NCBI RefSeq assembly: GCF_009914755.1
Contig: NC_060933.1
Length of the DNA: 64,000 bases
DNA from: the human T2T-CHM13v2.0 reference genome, Homo sapiens
Reading direction: 5' to 3' (one strand)
A program made the translations under genes and the position numbers. The notes beneath the pieces were generated by a model. The model searched no databases and was not told where the DNA came from. It saw only the letters and a program-made list of their open reading frames with translations. Numbering within the stretch: position 1 is the stretch's first letter; the number at the start of each line of letters is the position of its first letter. Shown one piece after another: positions 55,576 to 64,000 of the stretch.

Positions 55576-57959
55576 TTTTGGAATGGGAATTATGGAACCA
55601 ACATAAAATGTTTAACTCTGATGAGAAAAGTCTTATTTTTGGAGTTGAGTCATTGGCTCTCACGATAAGCCTAGGTGACCCTCTAGGATTTAACTTCTTG
55701 GCTGTCTCATTTGTCTCATTTGCACAAATCTTTCTCATTAGACCTATTTTTGTTTGTTGGAGATCAGGTAACCCTGGAGTGATTATTTTCCCCTGGATTT
55801 TCCTCTATTGCGGAGGAATTGCTTTCCCACCAATAAAAAGTGTCTTCTGGAGCTTAAATTCCTGGTGTCTTGAGGGTACTATAGAGCCTCTTACTTACCC
55901 AGTCTACACTAGAATCCATGTGGTCATTACCATCCTTTGATTGCATTTTGTATCTATACACATACAGTTCAGAAGGCAATAGATACTCTGTTGGCAAAGT
56001 CATCTTTTCCCATGGGTAGCTCAAATTGAGGACAGGAACTAACTTTTATATATGCTTATATTGATTGATTGATTGACTGACTCATGCGTTCATTCATTTG
56101 GTTACTCAATCAGCAAATCAGTTTTGAACATGTCTTTGTACCTGGTACTTTCCTGGGTCTTGGGTGACAAGACTTAGGCCAGCTCCTACCATTTATACCT
56201 TTTATATGGTCTGTTTCAAGGGCACAAACAGAGCCCCCAGTCAGATGGCCCTACCTTTCTCTCTCCCCAAAACTACAAGGGACCTCATAGGCAGGTGCAT
56301 GGACAGTTCGGCCTACACACCCAAACTCTATCAACACCACCATAGACATCAACCTTGGACCTCCCCCTTTCCCTTACACTGCTGTACCTGGTGTGTGCAT
56401 ATCCATGGCTTGGTGCACCCTCAGGAAGATGGATCCAAGGAAAAGGCCTGCTCAGGCCGTAGGAGTGGACTCAGGGTCTTTGAGTAGGGAATTCTGGGAT
56501 CCTGGGGAAGGGTGAGATCCAGGAAGGAGCATCCTATTGGCTCTGTGGACTCCTTGCCTCATGTGGAAGCACTTGCTGAAGGAGAACAGAGTGATGGACT
56601 CCAAAGGACCTGGGCCCAATGCTCAGGGCTAAAGGTGCCATGGACCAGGCTGATCGGCCCTTTGCATTGTGGACCTGGCCTCTGCCTCATTGTGCTTTTG
56701 TGCTATGACGATGATGCTCTGGATCAGGGCAAGTGCAGGGCATATGTCCTGGGAGTGTGTAGGGGGGTGGCCAGGCTCTTCAGATGGTTCCTACACTTCA
56801 GTGCCCCACCCTCTCTTCAGGGGCTCCATGTTCCCAACAAGGACAGAGTATACTGGATTCCTCCCCATCAAGTTTTGTGATATTATCATAGACACAAGCA
56901 GATCACAAGCAAAGCATAGATCTGTCCCCAGCAGTCAATGAGAATTGTTAAACGTCATTAGCTACCAGCTTCCTCCTTTCTCTCTTCCCCATATGGATTT
57001 TATTATTGCCCCTGAAAGTTCTGGGTCTAAATGTAATGTTTCAAGAATCAGCTAATTGTGGCTAAATACTATTATTTTTTACTGGGACCCCTGGAGGATC
57101 CTGAGATTGTAAAAACTGTGCCTGAAAAGTTCCTTTCCTCACGATGTCTTTTTTCCTGAATTGAAAAATTACTGAATATGTCAGTAGACATGCATAATGG
57201 ATTGATAGATTAATTTTCCATTTTCTTTGGGAGTTTGTGTAGGGGAGTGATTCCTGTTGTAACATTGGTGGGTTAAGGGCTCCACTAGGATGTGTGGTCT
57301 GCCACTGCTACTTTGGACTAGTAACTAAAGCTTTCATGTCTCAGTTTCCCCATCTGGAAAAGTGGGCAATAATAGAAAAATAGAAAAGCATTACTGTGAG
57401 GTTAAAGTGAGCTGATGCATGTAGAATGCTTATAGCAGTGCCTGACACACAGTTCGCACTCTGCTGTTAGCTTATATGTGTGCGCATGTGTGGAGCTATC
57501 TTCAAATATGATTCAGAGGAAACTACTCTGTGAGGTTGGGAGGACTGAAAAGCAAAAGACTCTGCCTTGAGCATGACACTGAACAGCCTGAGGCTAAGAG
57601 GACAGATGTAAATGGCGCTGGTTCCCTTATGGCAACCTTTGCATGCCCTTTGGCTTGTCTGTGCATTACTCTCATCGTGTAGGACCTGGTGTGCTTAGCT
57701 GATTGGGACATTAACCATTCGTGTGCTGAGCGATCACAAGTGAGATTTCATGACTGTTATTCAGGTCATTGTCTTTGTTCTGTGACTTTGGTTTCTTTGA
57801 TGGTCCTGGTCTATTTTATTGGTCAGGTTGTTTATTAACAGTCCTCCTGGACTCTGGGATTGTCAGTCATTTTCTCTTTTATTTTTCTCCATTTTCTCTT
57901 TTAACTGTCCTTTTTATTCTTTAGTTGTAAGGCCTTTAAAACATAGACATCTTATCCTT

Positions 57960-58225
57960 TTTTTAAAAAAAAGAATTGTAGTGAAACACACATGACATAA
58001 AGTTTGCCATTTTAACCATTTTTAAGTTCATATTTCAGTGATGCTAAGTACATCCACGTGTTGTGTAACCATCACCACCATCCATTTCCAGAACTCTTTA
58101 CACCTGGAATAATTGAAACTCTGTACCCTTCAAACCATGACCCCCCATAACCTTACCTCCCTCTAGTGCCTGGCAACCACCATTCTACTTTCTGTCTCTA
58201 TGAATTTGACTGTTCTAGGTACCTC
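57960..58225 (-). mobile_element. L1MB-type 3' end fragment
   Basis: ccattttaaccatttttaag...ggcaaccaccattctactttctgtctctatgaatttgac. Confidence 0.75.
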
Positions 58226-58908
58226 AAAAATGTACATCTTTTTGAACAGTAATATATCCCTTGAATTAAAAGCTTTTTTTTTAAATAAGATATTTGTTTA
58301 GGACTTTTACAGCTATTCATGCTTTCCTTTTGCAAAATAACTTACTTATTGTGGCCTTACACAACCACTATGATTGGAATTTCTTTCCACTAGCATCTTT
58401 GAAGTTTAACTCCAAAGAAAGTAATCTCTAGCCATCTATAAAAATGACTGAAGGTTAACATGAGAAGTGAAATGCTGAAGATAAAATGGGAAGTGTCCCT
58501 GAATTTCACTCCCTTTCCTTACTCCCATAGCCTATAAAAGTTGGCTGAAAAATTGTGCCAATATCAAAACAGACCTTCATAGAGATCCTAAAATTTTACC
58601 ACTGGAATCATTCTCCTCTCTTGACATTATGCTCATTTTTCTCTTTGCCATGCTTGACCTATCCTGAAGCTGGAGAAGAAGTATTAGTTCCAAAAATTTT
58701 CTTCATGTGAAATGATTTGTCCTGACTGGAGGCCAAGAGCTTTCAAAACTGTGTTCTGCTGTGATTCGTGATGACTTGAATGCTTTTTAGAATTCTTACA
58801 GTCCAGGCGAATCATTGGAGATTCTTCTTCAAGAGTCATAAATGGGAAATGTATTGGCTTGAAAGAACAGGGAAAGAGGAAAAGACATTTTAAAAAATGA
58901 TAATTTAT

Positions 58909-59129
<221 letters not shown>

Positions 59130-60807
59130 TCAAGATTTTACTTTTTAATGAGCATTCATTCTGAAATTTTAATAAATCATAGATGAAACTACTTACTAAC
59201 CCATTTCTTGAAAACAACTAGTATAGAGTAATTCTATAGTGTCAGCATATTGTACATAAAGACCATTTAATTTTTATGGAATGAATGTTAAAAATGTCAC
59301 AATCAGTTTTTCATCAGTATTTGAATAACTATTTGAATTATAATTATTTTATACAATAAAATTAATAAGGTAAAAATGAGAGGGATGAAAGAATTAAAGA
59401 CAAGAACTCCAACTAACCCTAATGGTTGGCATAGTTGCTGTAACTGAGTGCAACATTTGTCCCCAACTTCCTGGCAGTGAAAAGAGAAACTCATTATTAG
59501 GAAGGAGAATGCCTACTAATTCCACAGGAACACAGATTTGTCTGGCAGTGTATTCCAAAAGGAATTTCTTTTGCAGGAACAATAAGTGATGTAACGCACA
59601 GTTTTTATGAAAAATCCAGAAGTAGCTTTCATTTTCTTCTTCCTGAGAAAGCCAGTGAAAGTTGGAGGAAGTGACAAGGACATCAATTCTGCAAGGAGGC
59701 TAAAGTTGTCCAAGAATTTAATCTCCTATCCCAGGGCTGTAATGATAACACTGATACAACTCAGGATGTTAGACTCCCATTCCTACATGCCCTTTGCTGA
59801 ACCAGGCTTTGATGGAAACTGGACTGCACATGATTTGAAGTTGTCTCCTTTGACAAGAGCCTGGAAAATTTTAGTCTCTGTTGCTGGTTAAGGCCAGATC
59901 TGTTCTCTTTGAAAACCAAACAAGCAGATGGTGGGGGCTGACATCCTTTTATAAAGACCAAGCAGCCTGGTCTGTGTGCTTGTTCAGGTGGAAGCTACCC
60001 TATCTGAGTATGAAGATGAGCTGCAGAGGTACCAGCAGAGATGCAGGCTTCCTGGGGGAAGCAGCCCTGTGACTGCCCCAGAACTTAGACAAATGCTTGA
60101 TTGAAATCCCAGAGTTCCACCCCACAGAGCAGCAGAGAAGGTTTTGGCCTAGGAGCTGTTAGGAGCAGGTGTGACCAGACGGCCTCCCCAGCCATAGGAA
60201 AAGCTCCCTTAGGCTCCCGTGGTGCCTCCAACCCTGAGAGAGATGGTCCTCTTGTGAGCCTGCCAGGATGAATTAGCTGCAGAGGGCACCCCAAGTCGCT
60301 GAATGAGCTGACTTGTGTTTCTGATGGTTTCATATTGACCGATGTTAGAGTACATCTGCTCCAAATAAAAACTGTGGCTTAAACGTCAACTTTTAAGCCA
60401 TTTCTATTTTTTGGAGAGTAGTTCAGTGTCATTTTTGTCCTGGTACTCTTCATGGTTTAATATGGTAAATTGGTGCCATGGTACCTGTTCAGTTATTGTC
60501 TTCCCATCGGCTGTCGTGGATTACTGTGACCTATGAAAGATCTGAGACCTAATGTAAAATATACAATGATATTAATTAAATACGTTGGAAGAAAAAAAAT
60601 TGTCAGAAAAAAACCCATCCCTTGCTTCTCCTGGGAATTGTATTTACCATTATACCAACTATCAAATTACCTTGGCTATGTCTGTGCAAGTATTAGTTCA
60701 TTTTTAACAACAGAAGAAGTTTGCAAAGTTTCCAGAACAGGTAAAAGTAACTTAAAGACATTGTCAATTTTTAATTGTAGTTTCTGTGTCATTTTACACA
60801 CAGTTTC

Positions 60808-61133
<326 letters not shown>

Positions 61134-62479
61134 TTACATACAGTTTCTGTGTGCTAGTCTCCTGGTAGCATTTATTTGATGAGGTTCATTTTAGAGATTG
61201 CTATGCATGGGAGCTCTACACATCTCCTATTCATGTAGGAGATTAGTTGGAGCATTAAAGTCTCTTATGAGCAAGAATTAAATCAGGTGTCATAAAATCT
61301 TTCCATGGGCCAGTGAAAGATCGGAAGTTGCTCAAGATGGAACCAATTGGAAATGTGCTCCGAACAACCCAGGGGCAGCACAGCTCGTGGTTGCCAGGAG
61401 GAGATGCTGGTTCAGTTTCATGGACCTTCTGTTTTCTTAAGACAACATGGAAATTCAAAACTTTTTAAATGTGAAAATTTTCAATCTCAAATGTTAGTGA
61501 CTAATTAAAATTTTCTAAAAAATAAAGCACCCTTGTTGGTCAGATCCCGACCACGTGCTTTTGACTGTGACCTCTGGCTGATCATCAGTTGCTAAGATTT
61601 ACCCATCATGCTACTTGTAGACTGAGATCCAGTCTTAAACTTGCATTCAGGGCTCTGGCAATAAGTTAAATTAAAGTTATCCTTTCATTATAGAGACCTA
61701 TATGTTTTATGAGAAAGAAAATGTTAAGTTTTTTTTTCTCATCATAAATTTTGGTGGTCCCTGTTGGAAATCACCATATTGGTGGGAACAGATAAGAAAA
61801 GTGCTATATAAACACTCAGAGAGAAATACAGAGTGTAATTTTTTTCTTTATAATATTTTGAAGATTTTTTCTCATAATTTATGTATTGAAGAGATGTGAG
61901 ATATTATCAATTCAAATTTCCTCTTGCACTAGAGGCTGGGTGACATTAAGCTCACCAGCTAGTTAGTAACCAAGCCAGGCCTTGAAACTGGTCTGTTCAT
62001 TTTAAATAATAATTAGCATTAATTGAAATTCTCATGTGCAGTCTGGTTTTCTAATTTTCCCAACAACCCTAGGAGGCAGTTACTGTCGTTACTGCATTTT
62101 GCAGACAAGGAAACTGAGGCGTAGGGACTTGTCTCAGGTCATATAGCCAGTAAGAGGTGAAGCTAGTGCAGTATGTTTAGTCCTCATCCTACACTACCAA
62201 TTATTTTCCAGGCACTCAAATTTGTAAATGCCCAGAGTATTTGGGCTGTTCTAATAAGCTGCAGTTTTCAGAGGCATTGTGTAAGAATCTGAAGATTTCT
62301 TATTTATCTCCTATTGTTGCTCTATGTAAATATAATACAGGACATCATCCTAAAAAGTATCCCTGTTCTTTTCCATTGACTGCTGTGTTTGGGCTGTGAT
62401 TATTTGTAAAGGTCCATTGTGCAAAAACTCTAGAAATTATTTATCGTGAAGGTGCTGGATTTACAAGTCCCCAGTCCTA

Positions 62480-62650
62480 GAGCGTGGTACAGTGGCTATG
62501 GGCTCAGACTTCAGAGGCAGGTACATCTGGGTTCAAATCCTGTTTTGGCAGCTATGTGACTTAGGGGAAGTGATCTGGCATGGCGAGGCCCCAGTTTTGT
62601 CTTCTGAAAAATGGGAACAATCATAGAACTCTCCTGGTAGCATTATTTTG
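62480..62650 (+). mobile_element. MIR SINE (an opposite-orientation MIR lies at ~62010-62165)
   Basis: ctgggttcaaatcctg...gctatgtgacttagggg...ctgaaaaatggg. Confidence 0.75.
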
Positions 62651-63127
62651 TTAGGAGACAGTCCCTGGGTAGCCTTCTGGCTAACACCAGTTAGCACTCC
62701 ATAAAGAGGGAGTTACTGGTGCTACTTCAAAGCTCATGGCCAAAAAGAAACTGAAAGCTGAAAATGCCACTGCTCAACAGCATGCAGTAGTAAGCTCTTC
62801 AAATTTAGATTTTGGGCTTGCTCATTTAGCGTTCTTTCCATTCACGTCCTCACAGTTGGGGTGCATACCCCCTCAAGAATAGAGCCACAGACTGAGAGTC
62901 TGATCTTCCGTATCACCTGCACCTGCTCAGGGACTGACTTTCAAAACTCTTTCTCAGCATTTTTGCTGAGAAACTGAAACTGGCTAGCTGTGAACCCAGG
63001 GACCAAGGGAATTTTTTTTTTAGAAAAGGATTATTCTACTCCCTATGAAAGAAACCTTAGAGCAGAGAGAATCCTGTCATAGTTGAAATGCCGTGGCTGT
63101 AAGCCTGGGAATTTGAGGTCTATCTAC

Positions 63128-63250
63128 TTTTATCAAATCTAATCTATCAATCAATCATCTATCTATCATCTGTCTATCTAGAGATGATAGATAGATTGAT
63201 AGATATCATCTGGAGATGATAGATTGATTGATAGATTAGATTTGATAAAA
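63128..63250. repeat. Fold-back (TCTA)n/(TAGA)n repeat with perfect 29-bp outer arms
   Basis: 63128-63156 is the reverse complement of 63222-63250. Confidence 0.93.
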
Positions 63251-63261
63251 ATCTATCTATT

Positions 63262-63440
63262 GGCCGGGCGCGGTGGCTCACGTCTGTAATGCCAGCACTT
63301 CAGGAGACCAAGGTGGGTGGATCACGAGGTCAGGAGATGGAGACCATCCTGGGGAGCTTGCAGTGAGCCGAGATCGCGCCACTGCACTCCAGCCTGGGTG
63401 ACAGAGTGAGACTCCGTCTCAAAAAAAAAAAAAAAAAAAA
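63262..63440 (+). mobile_element. AluY with a large internal deletion
   Basis: The left arm jumps from gaccatcctgg directly to ggagcttgcagtgagcc of the right arm. Confidence 0.9.
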
Positions 63441-64000
63441 CACACACAACAAAAAACTTCTATCTATCTATGTATCTATCTATTTTATTGATCTATCTAT
63501 AAGGAGGGAGGATGGGGTAGCAGGAAACGATTCCACTTTGAAGAGTCACCATTTGAAATATTCACAGCTGCTTCCATTTCATTTTGATGTGTTGCCAAAG
63601 TACAGTTCAGGTAATAAAGTCTAGGCTAAAGGGGAATTTTTCTTTTGAGTAATACCACTATTAAGCTAATATGCTTAAAGACAAGATGCATTAGATACTA
63701 CTCCTTGTTGCTTGAAGAGATTACCTAGAGGAATTATTTGATAGGTTGTTAAAGCAAATGTGAAACCTTTTAAAATGTAATGAGGACCCTTTCCAGGAAC
63801 CTGTAAGTCAAAAGTATTTCTGTGAATTTTCTCTAAAATTACCTCTTTTCTCTTATTTTCCAAAAAGCCAGCTATAAGCTTTTTGTTAAGCCAAAGAAGA
63901 GGAAATTCTTTACCCTCAGAAAAATGTCTTAGTAAAGGTCCTGAATGTCAAATTGAGACTGGAGAAGATTTGGTGACAACACAAAACAAGATGACAAATA

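Noticed and set aside
55428-56941. Cluster of 90-170 aa intronic ORFs
   Set aside because: The first begins in an Alu monomer, none resembles TrkB or a known domain, and there is no convincing exon structure.

Overview
Primate (very probably human) genomic DNA covering the 5' end of NTRK2 (TrkB, the BDNF/NT-4 receptor tyrosine kinase) on the + strand. About 1-36 kb is repeat-rich upstream sequence: Alu, L1PA/L1M, L2, MIR, THE1 and MLT1 LTRs, a truncated ERVL provirus with an MLT2 LTR, an ERV1 solo LTR, Tigger3 and MER58. A CpG island (~36.0-39.4 kb) holds three non-coding leader exons, tandem CRE-like sites and the first coding exon (ATG at 39115; signal peptide plus first cysteine cluster). 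The remaining ~24.7 kb is the start of the next long intron, and I could not find the next coding exon. I do not see a new multi-gene system here. The signals not explained by standard annotation are: (i) several local template-copy structures, namely a ~120-bp inverted duplication, a perfect 37-bp palindrome, a 184-bp direct duplication with a fold-back junction and an inverted GATA microsatellite; and (ii) a complex translation-initiation layout in the TrkB leader, with a splice-dependent uORF, an out-of-frame 55-aa ORF in strong Kozak context and an in-frame second AUG. Repeat subfamily names are recalled from consensus sequences and were not verified by search. Repeat boundaries without target-site duplications (TSDs) are approximate.
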